Source: Thermoanaerobaculia bacterium (GTDB lineage Bacteria; Acidobacteriota; Thermoanaerobaculia; UBA5066; Gp7-AA6). From it: a stretch of DNA of 64,000 bases. The notes below the pieces were generated by a model. That model was not told where the DNA came from. It saw only the letters and a program-made list of their open reading frames with translations, and ran no database searches. Below, in pieces: positions 29,356 to 39,285 of this stretch (positions within the stretch are counted from its first letter, which is position 1; each line of letters starts with the position of its first letter). The position numbers and the translations under genes are program-made. The stretch lies in assembly GCA_038224325.1 (NCBI GenBank), contig JBBRFL010000002.1, forward strand, positions 8,352 to 72,351. Direction: 5' to 3'.

Positions 29356-30498
29356 TCAAGAGGGAAGCGTTTCGGACCGTTCCAGAGCCATGAGGACGCG
29401 GTCCGACGCCTCTTCGACGCTCTCGGCTCCGCTCAAGCCCGCGTGGACCGAGGCCATTCTATAGAACGGAGCCCGTTCCGCGAAGAGCTGCGCCAGCTGC
29501 TCCGGGCTTCGGAAGAGGGGCCGATCCGTCTTCCCGGCCAGCCGCGCGTGAACGGTCGCGAGCGGAACGTCCAGGAAGACGGAGAGTCCCAGGCCCGCGA
29601 TCGCGCGCCGATTGCGCTCCGACACGAAGGAACCGCCTCCGGTCGCGACGACCGCGGCCGGCAGGGTCTCAGTGCCCTCGAGGAAGGCGGCCTCCCGCGC
29701 GCGGAACTCGGCCTCCCCCGACTCCTCGAAGAGAGCGCGCACGGTCTTTCCGGACGTGCGCTCGATCTCGGCGTCCAGGTCCACGAACGGGAGATCGAGC
29801 CGCTCGGCCACGCGCCGGCCCACGGCCGTCTTGCCGCTGCCCATGAAGCCGACGAGAAAGATGCGGCCTCGGCGATCACGCTTTCGGGCGGCGTCGAGCG
29901 CCTTGCGCGCGTTCTCCTCGATCCGCCCGCCCTCGAAGAGCCCGGAGATCATCGCCGCGGAGTCGGCTCCCGCGTCCCAGACCGCGTTCAGGCGGTCCAC
30001 GGTGATCCCGCCGATCGCCACCAGCGGCCGGGTCTTCTCGGCGGCCGCCCGCGCCAGCTCGTCGAGCCCGACGCCCGCCCGGTCGCCCTTCGTGGGGCTG
30101 TCGAACACCGGCCCGAAGGCCACGTAGTCCGAATCGGCGCCCGAGAACTCCCGGCGCGCCGCGGCCACGTCGTGGGTCGAGACCCCGATCGCCGCCTCCG
30201 CGCCCAGGATCTCGCGCGCGGCGCTCGCGGGCAGGTCCTCCTCGCCCAGGTGGACGCCCACGGAGGCGATGCGCGCCAGGTCCACGCGGTCGTTGACCAG
30301 GACTCGCGCGCCGGCGGCCCTTCCCAGGCGGGCCACCGACTCGACGGCGGAGAGGAGCTCCCGGTCCGGCATCGCCTTTTCCCGCACCTGCAGGCAACGC
30401 ACGCCCACGGCGAAGAGCCGCTCCGCGGCCGCCGCGAGGTCCGTTCCGCCGGCCGATCGGCCGGTTACGGCGTAAATCCGGGGAAGACGGAGACTCAA
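29356..30498 (-). CDS. thiE-aroK: Bifunctional fusion of thiamine-phosphate synthase (ThiE) and shikimate kinase (AroK) in one reading frame
   Basis: The N-terminal 210 aa or so carry ThiE motifs ([52 protein letters not shown], and C-terminal [16 protein letters not shown]). The next 170 aa carry AroK motifs (P-loop [32 protein letters not shown]). There is no in-frame start codon between the two domains. The start is a TTG overlapping the accC TGA. The ORF track merges this gene with upstream out-of-frame sequence. Confidence 0.7.
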   Translation of the reverse strand: MSLRLPRIYAVTGRSAGGTDLAAAAERLFAVGVRCLQVREKAMPDRELLSAVESVARLGRAAGARVLVNDRVDLARIASVGVHLGEEDLPASAAREILGAEAAIGVSTHDVAAARREFSGADSDYVAFGPVFDSPTKGDRAGVGLDELARAAAEKTRPLVAIGGITVDRLNAVWDAGADSAAMISGLFEGGRIEENARKALDAARKRDRRGRIFLVGFMGSGKTAVGRRVAERLDLPFVDLDAEIERTSGKTVRALFEESGEAEFRAREAAFLEGTETLPAAVVATGGGSFVSERNRRAIAGLGLSVFLDVPLATVHARLAGKTDRPLFRSPEQLAQLFAERAPFYRMASVHAGLSGAESVEEASDRVLMALERSETLPS

Positions 30499-31844
30499 GG
30501 GGTCGGCGTGCCCGAGAATCGTTCCATGAAGTGCGTCGAGAGCCGGCCCGCGATGAACTCGGGGTCGTCCAGGATCCGGCGATGGAGCGGGATGGTCGTC
30601 TTGATCCCCTCGATGACGAAGAAGTCCAGGGCGCGGCGCCCCCGTCGAATCGCCTCCTCGCGATCCCGTCCCCACACGATCAACTTCGCGATGAGCGAGT
30701 CGTAGTGCGGCGGGATGAGATAGCCCTGATAGGCCGCCGTGTCGACGCGAACCCCGAGGCCGCCCGGCGGATGGAAGGAGGCGATCCGGCCCGGCGAGGG
30801 CGCGAACGTGACGGGGTCTTCCGCGTTGATCCGGAACTCGATCGCGTGGCCTCGGGGGGACATGTCCCGATCGGCGAAGGAGAGGGGCGCCCCCGCCGCG
30901 ACCGCGATCTGCTCCTTGACGAGGTCGAGCGCCGTGACCTCCTCGGTCACGGGGTGCTCCACCTGGAGCCGAGTGTTCATCTCCATGAAGTAGAAGCGGC
31001 CCTGGGAGTCGAGCAGGAACTCGACCGTGCCCGCGTTGGTGTAGTTCACCGACCGGGCCGCGGCCACCGCCGCGTCCCCCATCTGGCGGCGCAGGCCGTC
31101 GTCGAGCGCCGCGGAGGGCGCCTCCTCGATGAGCTTCTGGTGGCGCCTCTGGATCGAGCACTCCCGCTCGCCCAGGTGGCGCACGTTTCCGTGCGAGTCC
31201 CCGAAGATCTGGAACTCGACGTGCCGCGGATCCACGAGGTACTTCTCCAGGTACACCTCGCCGTTTCCGAAGGCCTTCTCCGCCTCGGCCCTCGCGGTGT
31301 CGAACGCGCTCGCGAGCTCCCGCTCGTCGCGGGCGATGCGCATTCCGCGACCGCCTCCGCCCGCAGAGGCCTTGAGGATGACCGGGTAGCCCGCCTTGCG
31401 GGCGAGCGGCAGGGCCTCGTCCACGGAGTCCAGGACGCCCGGGGATCCCGGCACGGTCGGCACTCCCGCGGCGGCCACGGTGCGGCGCGCCACGGACTTG
31501 TCGCCCATCTTCCGGATCGCGTCCGGCGTCGGTCCGATGAACGCGATGTGGCAGTCCTGCAGGATCTCGGCGAAGTAGGCGTTCTCGGAAAGGAACCCGT
31601 ATCCGGGATGGATCGCGTCGGCCTCCGTGATCTCCGCGGCCGACACGATGGCCGAGATGTTCAGGTACGACGCCGCCGACGGGTAGGGCCCCACGCAGAC
31701 GTCCTCGTCGGCGTATCGGACGTGAAGCGCGTCGCGGTCCGCCTCGCTGTAGACGGCGACGGTTCGGATCCCGAGCTCGCGGCACGCCGAGATGATTCGG
31801 AGAGCGATCTCGCCGCGGTTGGCGATGAGAATCTTCTTGAACAT
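30495..31844 (-). CDS. accC: Biotin carboxylase subunit of acetyl-CoA carboxylase
   Basis: The N-terminus [26 protein letters not shown] and ATP-grasp motifs are present. The product is 449 aa. Confidence 0.9.
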   Translation of the reverse strand: MFKKILIANRGEIALRIISACRELGIRTVAVYSEADRDALHVRYADEDVCVGPYPSAASYLNISAIVSAAEITEADAIHPGYGFLSENAYFAEILQDCHIAFIGPTPDAIRKMGDKSVARRTVAAAGVPTVPGSPGVLDSVDEALPLARKAGYPVILKASAGGGGRGMRIARDERELASAFDTARAEAEKAFGNGEVYLEKYLVDPRHVEFQIFGDSHGNVRHLGERECSIQRRHQKLIEEAPSAALDDGLRRQMGDAAVAAARSVNYTNAGTVEFLLDSQGRFYFMEMNTRLQVEHPVTEEVTALDLVKEQIAVAAGAPLSFADRDMSPRGHAIEFRINAEDPVTFAPSPGRIASFHPPGGLGVRVDTAAYQGYLIPPHYDSLIAKLIVWGRDREEAIRRGRRALDFFVIEGIKTTIPLHRRILDDPEFIAGRLSTHFMERFSGTPTP

Positions 31845-31920
31845 GGGTGTCTGGGATCGAGGGCCGTGGCTCTCGAACGGATGCGATTCTATCTGCTGCT
31901 CAAGAGGGGTGCCGTGGCAG

Positions 31921-32376
31921 TCAGGCGGCCAGGCGGATGGCGAAGAGCTTCTCCCCGTACTCGACGGGTTGGCCGTTGCTGGGATAGACGGCGACGACCT
32001 CGCCCTCGACGTCCGATTCGATCTCGTTCATCAGCTTCATCGATTCGATGATGCAGAGAATCTTGCCCTTCGCGATGCGCTCCCCGACCTGGGCGAACGC
32101 GTCCGCCTCGGGAGACGCGGACCGATAGAAGGTCCCGACGATCGGCGACGTAATCACGTGCACGTTCGCGTCGGGCGGCGGCTCGGCTTCCGGGACAATC
32201 GCGGCGGCCGGGGAAGCCATCGGGAGAGCCGGAGCGGGAGACGCGGCCGCGGGAGACGCCGCGGGGCGTGTGCCCTCGATCCGGAGCCGGAACCCCGACT
32301 GCTCGATCTCCAGGCCGGCCAGGCCCCGTTCGGTGACGAGCTCGACGAGCTCCCGGATCTCCTTAAGCGACCACAT
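31921..32376 (-). CDS. accB: Biotin carboxyl carrier protein
   Basis: A C-terminal biotinyl domain with [20 protein letters not shown] (EAMKM-type lysine motif) is preceded by an Ala/Pro-rich linker. Confidence 0.85.
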   Translation of the reverse strand: MWSLKEIRELVELVTERGLAGLEIEQSGFRLRIEGTRPAASPAAASPAPALPMASPAAAIVPEAEPPPDANVHVITSPIVGTFYRSASPEADAFAQVGERIAKGKILCIIESMKLMNEIESDVEGEVVAVYPSNGQPVEYGEKLFAIRLAA

Positions 32377-32379
32377 GGT

Positions 32380-32781
32380 TCAGAGGAGCTCCTTTTCGAG
32401 CGCCGCGGCCGATTTGCGAAGCTCGAATCGGCCCCGCCCGAAGTTGCCGTCTTGCGCCAGCCACAGCAGCAGATAGTACTCCTCGGTCACGCGGCAGAGG
32501 ATCGTCGTCGCGTGACGGGAGGTCAAGGTCAGCTGGGCGACCGGGTCGTTCTCGGTCAGGGCGCTCGACGACTGCGCCGCCTTGATGATCGCCCCCATCT
32601 CCGCCGCGAGCGATTCCATCGGTACGCCTTCGGCCGGCACGTACGAGTCGATCGCGATCCCGTCGACGCCGACCAGGGAGACGGCGCGGGTTCCCTCGAT
32701 CCGTTCGGCCAAACGGCGCAGCTCGGTCTGGAAGACGTTCATTCCGTCGTGAATGATGTCACGGCCGCGAGGCGCACTCAT
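32380..32781 (-). CDS. Roadblock/LC7 (MglB-like) domain protein
   Basis: The 133-aa product has the Robl/LC7 pattern (RAVSLVGVDGIAIDSY...SLAAEMGAIIKAA...). The start overlaps the stop codon of the upstream TPR gene. Confidence 0.6.
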   Translation of the reverse strand: MSAPRGRDIIHDGMNVFQTELRRLAERIEGTRAVSLVGVDGIAIDSYVPAEGVPMESLAAEMGAIIKAAQSSSALTENDPVAQLTLTSRHATTILCRVTEEYYLLLWLAQDGNFGRGRFELRKSAAALEKELL

Positions 32782-33827
32782 CGCGCCTGGACCCTCGAAA
32801 GCCAGTGCTGCAACGCGCGGATCCGAGCGACTTGCCGGCCCCGGGCCGGATCGGGAGCGGCCGCGAGAGACGACGTTCCCCCGGCCGGAAGGAGCCGGGC
32901 CTCGGACTCGCGACGCATTCGCGTCAGCTCCTCGTCGAAGGGGTGCCGCAGGACCAATTCGTCGTAGATCTGAAGCGCTTCGGCGTAGTGACCCTGCGTG
33001 TAGTAGAGGTCCGCGAGGGCGCGGCCGGTGGGTCGCGAGCCGACGGGGGTGTCCTCGGTCAGGTCGGGCTCGGCGGATGGCTCGACCGACGGCGCCTCCG
33101 CGTCTGCGTCCCCTTGGGGCGGCGGCGCCTTCTGAGCGGGGCCGTAGCCGGACGCCACTCTGTGAGGCGCGAGCGACATGTCGCGGGACGGCGTGAACAG
33201 GGGGAACGGGTCCTCCGGACGAGACTTCCCCGAGTCCTCGCCCGGATCGAATGCGACCGACGTGATGTCGAACGCATCCGGCTCGCGGAGGGGGGTCGCG
33301 CCGGGGCTCGCCCGAAGGTCGATGCGACGCGCGCTCTTGCCCGTCTCCTGGAACCGGGGCGGCGGCGGCGCTTCGACCGGAGGCGCGGCCTTCACCGGTA
33401 TCACCGGCTTCGGAGCGACCTGCGCCTCCAGGCGGACAATGGCCTCGTCCACCTTCCGGTCTCCCGAGAGCGCCCGGTAGAGCTTGTACTTCTTGAGGGC
33501 CTCCAGGTTGTCCCCGCGCGCCAGTTGCACTTCGGCGAGAGACTTGGCGGCGACGAGATTCCCGGGGTCGGCGACCAGCACCCTGGTGAACGTCGCGATC
33601 GCGTCGGTCGTCTGGGCGACCTCGAGATAGACGCGCCCCAGGGCGACCTGGGCGGCGATGTAACCCGGATGCGCGAGGAGCCCCTTCTGGAGCGCCGAGA
33701 GCGCCTGACGGAAGCGGCCGAGCTTGCGATATTCCTCGGCCAGGGAGACGAACAGGCGCGAGCCCGGATCCATGTCGAGCCGGCGCTCGAGATCCCGAAT
33801 GCGCGCGTCTGGGGATGGCTCAGCCAC
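32778..33827 (-). CDS. TPR-repeat protein with a low-complexity C-terminus
   Basis: N-terminal TPR-like helices (LAEEYRKLGRFRQALSALQKGL..., VYLEVAQTTDAIATFTRVLVADPGN, SLAEVQLARGDNLEALKKY) are followed by a Pro/Ala-rich tail and a final TPR (YYTQGHYAEALQIYDELVLRHP). No signal peptide is present. Confidence 0.6.
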   Translation of the reverse strand: MAEPSPDARIRDLERRLDMDPGSRLFVSLAEEYRKLGRFRQALSALQKGLLAHPGYIAAQVALGRVYLEVAQTTDAIATFTRVLVADPGNLVAAKSLAEVQLARGDNLEALKKYKLYRALSGDRKVDEAIVRLEAQVAPKPVIPVKAAPPVEAPPPPRFQETGKSARRIDLRASPGATPLREPDAFDITSVAFDPGEDSGKSRPEDPFPLFTPSRDMSLAPHRVASGYGPAQKAPPPQGDADAEAPSVEPSAEPDLTEDTPVGSRPTGRALADLYYTQGHYAEALQIYDELVLRHPFDEELTRMRRESEARLLPAGGTSSLAAAPDPARGRQVARIRALQHWLSRVQAR

Positions 33828-33872
33828 GATCGGGAAAGGGAGCCGCCCCCCGAAGGGGGCGGCGATGGTCTC

Positions 33873-35495
33873 TTACGGTGCGACCGTCGGGACGACGCAC
33901 GGACGCAGGTAACTGAAGGCCTGGGTGGCGGTGGCGCTGCACGTGGTCGCCCGGTTCGTCACGGTCACGTCCACCGTCTCGGCGGGTTGCAGCGTGCCGG
34001 CCGGGTTTCCGTTGATGCAGGTCGGATTCAGGACGACGCTGCCCGGGGGGACGGTGACCGTGATGACTCCGGGGCTCACCGACTGGACGAAGGCGGTCTT
34101 CGCTCCGAACTTGACGTCGGCGTCCGCGATCGAATTCGGGAACCCCGTGCCCGTGATCGTCACGGTCGTGACCGAGCCGCCCCCGTCGTTGCTGGGGACG
34201 ACGCCCGTGATCACAAGCTTTGGAACGACGTAGTGGAACGTGAGAGGCGATGTCGTCCCGTCTCCCGTGTTGATGTTGACCTCGGTGATGGGTCCGACGA
34301 TGTCTGTGCACCCGGCGAGGAGAGGAGCGGTCGGAATCACCACGATCTCAGTCGCCGAGACGGACTGAATGATGGCAGGAATTCCCGCCAGGTCCACGGC
34401 AACCGGTCCCTGGAAGCCGTGACCGAAGATAGTAACGGCCGTGAACGGCCCCAGGGCGGACTGAGTCAGGTTATCCGCCGCCGTGATGTCGACGGACGGG
34501 GCGTAGCGGAAGGGGACCGGGGCCGAGATCGTACCGGAGCTGATGTTCTTCACCGTCACATCCACCGTCTGAATCCCCTGGCCGAACGATGGCGGCGAGA
34601 GCGCGATCACCTGGTTGAAGCTGGTCGACACGACCGTCGCCTCAGTAGGCCCGAAGAAGACCTGGACTCCGGAGGTCGAGAACCCGGATCCGATGATCGT
34701 AACGCGCGTCCCGCCCTCCTTGGTTCCCTGGGACGGCAGCAGAGCCGTGATCGTGGGAGTCGTGGATTGAGTCGTGCCGAAGGTGAAGCAGGTCGGCAGC
34801 GACAGGACCACCGGCGTCGGCAGGTTGGTGCCGAGCGTCAGCGTGATGGCCGCCGGCGTGCTCGGCGACGTCAACTCCGGGAATCCCGGGGTCTGAACCG
34901 TCAGGGTGTTGGCGGTAATCGCGGTGACGATCCCGTCGCGCGTGATGCCGCCGGCCGTGAACTGGACCCGCGACGTGGCGGTCGTGCCGAAGAAGCGGCC
35001 GCCGTTGAGAGTGATCGTCTCGCCGCCTGCGGTCGCGCCGAGGCTCGGCGAGCACGAGGAGACGAACGGCAGCGTTCCCGCATCCGGCTGGAACACGACC
35101 GTGAGGTTCGCCGAGCCCGTCTTGCCGGCCACCGTCGCGGTGGCCTTGATCCTGGCGGCGCCGGCTCCCGGTCCGCAGAGAGCCGTGACGGCCGCTCCGC
35201 TCGACGTGACGACCGAGACCGTGGGCAGGCCGTTCTGCGAGAACGTCCCGAAGTCCGTGGTGAACGAGACGCCCGTGCCGTCCGGAACCACGGCGCCGTT
35301 CAGGCTAACGATCGCCTCGACGAGCGTGCACGTGCCCGCCTTCGGGTTCGCGTCGCTCGTGAAGAGCTGGATCTGAAGCGCGGAGGTTTGCCCTCCTCCG
35401 CCGCCGCTCGGGGGCTTGGTCGGCGCGTCCGCCGCGCAGGCGTGGAGCCCGACGACGAGCGCGAGGAGCGACAGTGCAATGGCTATCCGGCGCAT
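33873..35495 (-). CDS. Lipoprotein with multiple IPT/TIG (Ig-like) domains
   Basis: A lipobox-type signal (LVVGLHAC) is followed by about five tandem Ig-like beta-sandwich repeats rich in T/V/G (e.g. GGETITLNGGRF, GGTRVTIIGSGF, VTITGTGF). Confidence 0.6.
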   Translation of the reverse strand: MRRIAIALSLLALVVGLHACAADAPTKPPSGGGGGQTSALQIQLFTSDANPKAGTCTLVEAIVSLNGAVVPDGTGVSFTTDFGTFSQNGLPTVSVVTSSGAAVTALCGPGAGAARIKATATVAGKTGSANLTVVFQPDAGTLPFVSSCSPSLGATAGGETITLNGGRFFGTTATSRVQFTAGGITRDGIVTAITANTLTVQTPGFPELTSPSTPAAITLTLGTNLPTPVVLSLPTCFTFGTTQSTTPTITALLPSQGTKEGGTRVTIIGSGFSTSGVQVFFGPTEATVVSTSFNQVIALSPPSFGQGIQTVDVTVKNISSGTISAPVPFRYAPSVDITAADNLTQSALGPFTAVTIFGHGFQGPVAVDLAGIPAIIQSVSATEIVVIPTAPLLAGCTDIVGPITEVNINTGDGTTSPLTFHYVVPKLVITGVVPSNDGGGSVTTVTITGTGFPNSIADADVKFGAKTAFVQSVSPGVITVTVPPGSVVLNPTCINGNPAGTLQPAETVDVTVTNRATTCSATATQAFSYLRPCVVPTVAP

Positions 35496-35504
35496 GAATC
35501 CCCC

Positions 35505-36083
35505 TTACTTGGTCGCTCTTCCGAGCTGGACCGTAGCGGACCGAAAGAGCAGGATTCCGCTGGCGGTCTCGCTCTGAACTCGGTGCCCCGAAACGGTGGT
35601 TCCGAAAAAAGTCAGGTCGAACGTCATGTCGATTTCCGCCCGCCCGGTCTCGCGATCGATTCCGCCGTTGAACGGTAGGAGCTGATCGAAGGGCGACTGC
35701 TGGATCGCCGCGGCCGCCAGGACGGGAAAGTTGCTGAGCGTGGCGACCCCTCCGGAGGGGACCAGGATTCCGGCTCCGAAAGTCTGCACGGGAGGAACCA
35801 GCGTGCCGCCGTCCGTCCGGCGAAATGTGACCGTGTAGCTCGAAATCTCGGTGTCGGCGAACCCCGCGGGGTCCGACGCGGCGGGATTCTTGAGCTGCGA
35901 TCGCAGGTTGATCGTGTTGAGCTGGACGGGGGCGATCGTCCCGACGTCGATGAAGCCGGGCTGCTGGTCGATCGTCACCGTGATGAAAACCGGCGACTCC
36001 GTCTCACCCTGCTTGTTCGTGCAGGCGGTCGCCAGCACCAGCGCCGCCGCGACGACCATGCCCGAAAGGACTTTCGTTTTCAT
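35505..36083 (-). CDS. Hypothetical lipoprotein
   Basis: A lipobox (LVLATAC) and a GGGAGA ribosome-binding site upstream of the ATG at 36083 are present. The product is 192 aa and lies immediately downstream of pilQ. The ORF track embeds it in an out-of-frame 826-aa ORF. Confidence 0.5.
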   Translation of the reverse strand: MKTKVLSGMVVAAALVLATACTNKQGETESPVFITVTIDQQPGFIDVGTIAPVQLNTINLRSQLKNPAASDPAGFADTEISSYTVTFRRTDGGTLVPPVQTFGAGILVPSGGVATLSNFPVLAAAAIQQSPFDQLLPFNGGIDRETGRAEIDMTFDLTFFGTTVSGHRVQSETASGILLFRSATVQLGRATK

Positions 36084-36097
36084 TGCGCGTTCTCCCA

Positions 36098-38743
36098 TTA
36101 GGACCGGAGGATCCGGGGCGTAATAAAGATCAGCAGCTCGTCGTGCTTTTCGGTCCGCGTCTTGTTGCGGAAGAGATTGCCGAGCACCGGGATCTTCCAG
36201 AGGCCGGGAATCATGTTGTTCTGGTCCTGGTCGTTGATCTGGAAGATGCCGCCGATGACGGTGGTGCCGCCGTCCTTGACCAGAACCTGGCCCTTGTACT
36301 CGCGGATCGTCAGCGGGACGTTCTGACCGAGCGAGAGGTTGAGGGCGACGGCGGGCTCGCGCTTCGTCACGTTCACCGACAGGAGGATCGTGCCCTCGGC
36401 CGTGATCTGCGGCGTGACGTCGAGCTTGAGGGTCGCATCGACGTAGATGACCGTCGTCGTGTTGTTGACCGTCGTCTGCACCGGGATCTGGACTCCCGAC
36501 TGGATCAGTGCCGCGGTGTTGGTCAGCGAGGTGACCTTCGGCGACGAGATGATTTTCAGGAGGCCCTGGTTCTCGGCGGCCGTCAGGGCGGCGTTGAGGT
36601 TGAACGTATTGAGGATGTTGCCGAGAACGAGCGACGCCACCGTCGGGCCGTTGCCCAGCCCAACATTCAGGCCTCCCGCGACCGAGTTGGGGAAGATGAG
36701 GTTCGTCGTGTTCCCGTGGGCGACGTCGGCGTTGCCGGTCGCGCTCCAGTTGATTCCCAGGCTGCGGCCCAGGCTCTTGGTCGTCTCCACGATCCGGGAC
36801 TCGATGACGACCTGGGGCGTCGCGGTGTCGAGGTTCTCGATCAGCTGCAACACGGCCGGGAGGTACGTCGGGATCTCGCGGATGATCAGGGTGTTGGTCC
36901 GGGCGTCGATCACGATCGAGCCGCGCTTGGACATGACGCTCTGGAGAGTCGGGGTGATCTCGCCGGCCTTCGAATAGGACAGCTTCTTGATGACCGTGCG
37001 CGTGGGCTCGGCCGCCTGCCGGGCCTCGGCGAGACGCGAGCGGTCCCCTTCCTCGGCCTGCAGCTTCGCGGTAGTCGCGATGCGCATGATGTTGTTCTCG
37101 AGCACGTATCCCAGGCTGTTCTGCTTGAGAATCAGGTCGAGCGCCTGATCCCACGGGACGTCCTCCAGCTGAACCGTCACGGTCCCACGCACCTCGGGGT
37201 CGATCACGATGTTCAGCCCGGTCAGCTGCGAGATCGTGCGGAACACGTCCTTGATGTCGGCGTCTTTCAGGTCGAGGGAGATGGGCTCTCCCGTGAACTG
37301 CGTCTGGGTCTCGGAGATCGTGCGCGAGCGGTACGCCGAGCCGGCGGCCGGGTTGGCGGCCTGCTCCTGGTCCAGCGTGGCGGCCGCGGCTTCGAAGAGC
37401 GCGTCGCCGCGGGTCCGCGAGGCCGGCTCGGCTTTCCGGGGCGGGGCGGGGGGCGCGGGAACGGCGGCAACTTTTGGAGCGTCTATCTTCTTGGGCTCGG
37501 GCATCCTCTTGGGCTCGGGTGCCACAGCGGCGACCGTGGCGGGCGGCTCGCTCTGCCGGGCGGGCTTCGATGCGGCCGGCTCCGGAACGGGCTGGTGCAC
37601 GACCTCGACCGCGGGAGCCGGCGCGGGCGGAACCGGGGCCGGCGCGGCGGCGGCGATATGCGTTTCGGTCACCGCGGGGGCGGGCGCCGGGGACGGGGCC
37701 TTCGTTTGCGGTCCGGGGATCAACGCGACGCTCGCGGCGTCCCGGCCGACGACGACCGCCAGGCGCTCTCCGTCGGAGGAGATCGCGTGAGGCGCCGGCG
37801 CCGCGAGGTCCAGAACGACCCGCGTGACGAACTCCGGGGAGGACTGGAACTGCGAGACGCGCACGCGCGTCACCACGTTGCCCGACACCGGGATCGCGCG
37901 CTGGCGCAGCTCGTTGCGAACGCCTGGAAGGTCGAGAACGATTCGCGGCGGATTGGCGAGCACGAAGTCCTTGGGCGAGAACCATCCGTCGCCCAGGAGG
38001 GTGATCGAGACCGCGCCGTCCCGAGTCTGCCCGACGAGAACCTTCTCTAGGGAGTGGGCGACCTCGCCGCGCACGGCCGGGGCCGTGGAGCCGAGGGCGG
38101 CCGGAGCCGAGGCGGGCGTCGGAGCTGCGCCACTCGCCCGCGAAGGCGAGCCGATCTCGGCCGTCACGACGGGCTCGGGTGCCGGGGTCTCCGCATCCGT
38201 CATCGCGGCGGACGCGGGACCGTTGAACGCGATGGCGAGACCCTGGCCGACGGACCGCACGTCCGCGCGGCTGTCGGGCTGGTGCGCGATCGAGAGGCGG
38301 GTCATCCTCTTGCCCAGCTCCTCGACCTCCTCGAAACGGATGGAGCTCACGAGCGCTCCCGCGGCGCGCGGCGCGGCGAAACCTTCGGCCACGGACGCGT
38401 CGCGGAGGTCCACGACGAGCAGGTCGGGCCGGGGCTCGTAGGAGGTGTAGAGCAGCGGCGCGCTCGCGGACAGCACGACTCGCGCGCCGTCGGAGTCTTC
38501 GTTGAAGGCAGCCTGCGTGATCCGGGCCGAAGCCGCCGGGGTGGAGACCGCGGAAGACGGGCCGGATGTCGCCGGCGCGGCCAGGGCGGCGTCCGCGGCG
38601 CTATGCGCTCCGTGCGATCGCGAGGCGCAGCCCACGGCGGCTGCCCATGTCAGCGCGAGCGCGGTTGCCGTCGCGGTTCCTCTGAGTGCCATTCGCATCG
38701 TTCCTCCCGTCGCGCGGAAAACCATGCTCGCGGAGGTCCTCAC
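36098..38743 (-). CDS. pilQ: Type IV pilus secretin PilQ
   Basis: N-terminal AMIN-like domains, a Pro/Ala-rich linker and a C-terminal secretin domain ending in LIFITPRI (…GGIFQINDQDQNNMIPGLWKIPVLGNLFRNKTRTEKHDELLIFITPRILRS) are present. The product is 881 aa. Confidence 0.85.
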   Translation of the reverse strand: MRTSASMVFRATGGTMRMALRGTATATALALTWAAAVGCASRSHGAHSAADAALAAPATSGPSSAVSTPAASARITQAAFNEDSDGARVVLSASAPLLYTSYEPRPDLLVVDLRDASVAEGFAAPRAAGALVSSIRFEEVEELGKRMTRLSIAHQPDSRADVRSVGQGLAIAFNGPASAAMTDAETPAPEPVVTAEIGSPSRASGAAPTPASAPAALGSTAPAVRGEVAHSLEKVLVGQTRDGAVSITLLGDGWFSPKDFVLANPPRIVLDLPGVRNELRQRAIPVSGNVVTRVRVSQFQSSPEFVTRVVLDLAAPAPHAISSDGERLAVVVGRDAASVALIPGPQTKAPSPAPAPAVTETHIAAAAPAPVPPAPAPAVEVVHQPVPEPAASKPARQSEPPATVAAVAPEPKRMPEPKKIDAPKVAAVPAPPAPPRKAEPASRTRGDALFEAAAATLDQEQAANPAAGSAYRSRTISETQTQFTGEPISLDLKDADIKDVFRTISQLTGLNIVIDPEVRGTVTVQLEDVPWDQALDLILKQNSLGYVLENNIMRIATTAKLQAEEGDRSRLAEARQAAEPTRTVIKKLSYSKAGEITPTLQSVMSKRGSIVIDARTNTLIIREIPTYLPAVLQLIENLDTATPQVVIESRIVETTKSLGRSLGINWSATGNADVAHGNTTNLIFPNSVAGGLNVGLGNGPTVASLVLGNILNTFNLNAALTAAENQGLLKIISSPKVTSLTNTAALIQSGVQIPVQTTVNNTTTVIYVDATLKLDVTPQITAEGTILLSVNVTKREPAVALNLSLGQNVPLTIREYKGQVLVKDGGTTVIGGIFQINDQDQNNMIPGLWKIPVLGNLFRNKTRTEKHDELLIFITPRILRS

Positions 38744-39285
38744 TGTTTGACCGTCGCGTTGAGCTGCTTTGTGACTTCTCGAAATGGTTTCACGCTCTGC
38801 GGATCGTTCAGGTTTTGCCGGAACGAAACTTCGTTCGGACCCACTCGCGTGACCTCCCCGTCATAGAGGAGGTCGCCCGAGCGGATGAGGTAGCTCTTGT
38901 TGTCCGTGCCACGAATCTGCGCCACGAATCCCGCCCGGGTCTTCCAGATTCCGTGCACGACCAGGTCGTCGATCGCGATTCCCGCGATTCCGGGCGGACG
39001 ATCCGCTCCTCCTCGGTTCTGCTCGCGGACGAGCAGGGACCGGAACGGATCGCGGCGCCCCGCCGGGTCATACGTGTAGGCGCGTCCCGCCAGAGCGGAC
39101 TCCTCGGACTCGATCATCGCCTGGCCCGGCGACTCGGGCACCGGCGCGATCACGGCCTGCGGCGTGGGAGCGGGCGTCGTGGCGGTCTGCGGTGCCGCGG
39201 CGGGCTTGGCCGGCGCGCTCTGAGCGAGCCCGGCGGCCGCGGCCGCGAGAAACAGGGCGGTCCAGAGGGCGCGCCTCAGCCTCAT
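38740..39285 (-). CDS. pilP: Type IV pilus assembly protein PilP
   Basis: A lipoprotein-like N-terminus, a Pro/Ala linker and a conserved RDPF motif are present. The position between pilO and pilQ and the 4-nt start/stop overlaps fit an operon. Confidence 0.7.
   Translation of the reverse strand: MRLRRALWTALFLAAAAAGLAQSAPAKPAAAPQTATTPAPTPQAVIAPVPESPGQAMIESEESALAGRAYTYDPAGRRDPFRSLLVREQNRGGADRPPGIAGIAIDDLVVHGIWKTRAGFVAQIRGTDNKSYLIRSGDLLYDGEVTRVGPNEVSFRQNLNDPQSVKPFREVTKQLNATVKQ

Noticed and set aside
29356-31785. An 809-aa ORF taken as one protein
   Set aside because: Only the C-terminal 380 aa (ThiE-AroK) are real coding sequence. The upstream part overlaps accC, which is encoded in another frame with unmistakable biotin-carboxylase motifs.
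35505-37985. An 826-aa Arg-rich ORF overlapping pilQ
   Set aside because: It is out of frame with the PilQ secretin gene. Only its last 192 codons, the lipoprotein at 35505..36083, are real coding sequence.
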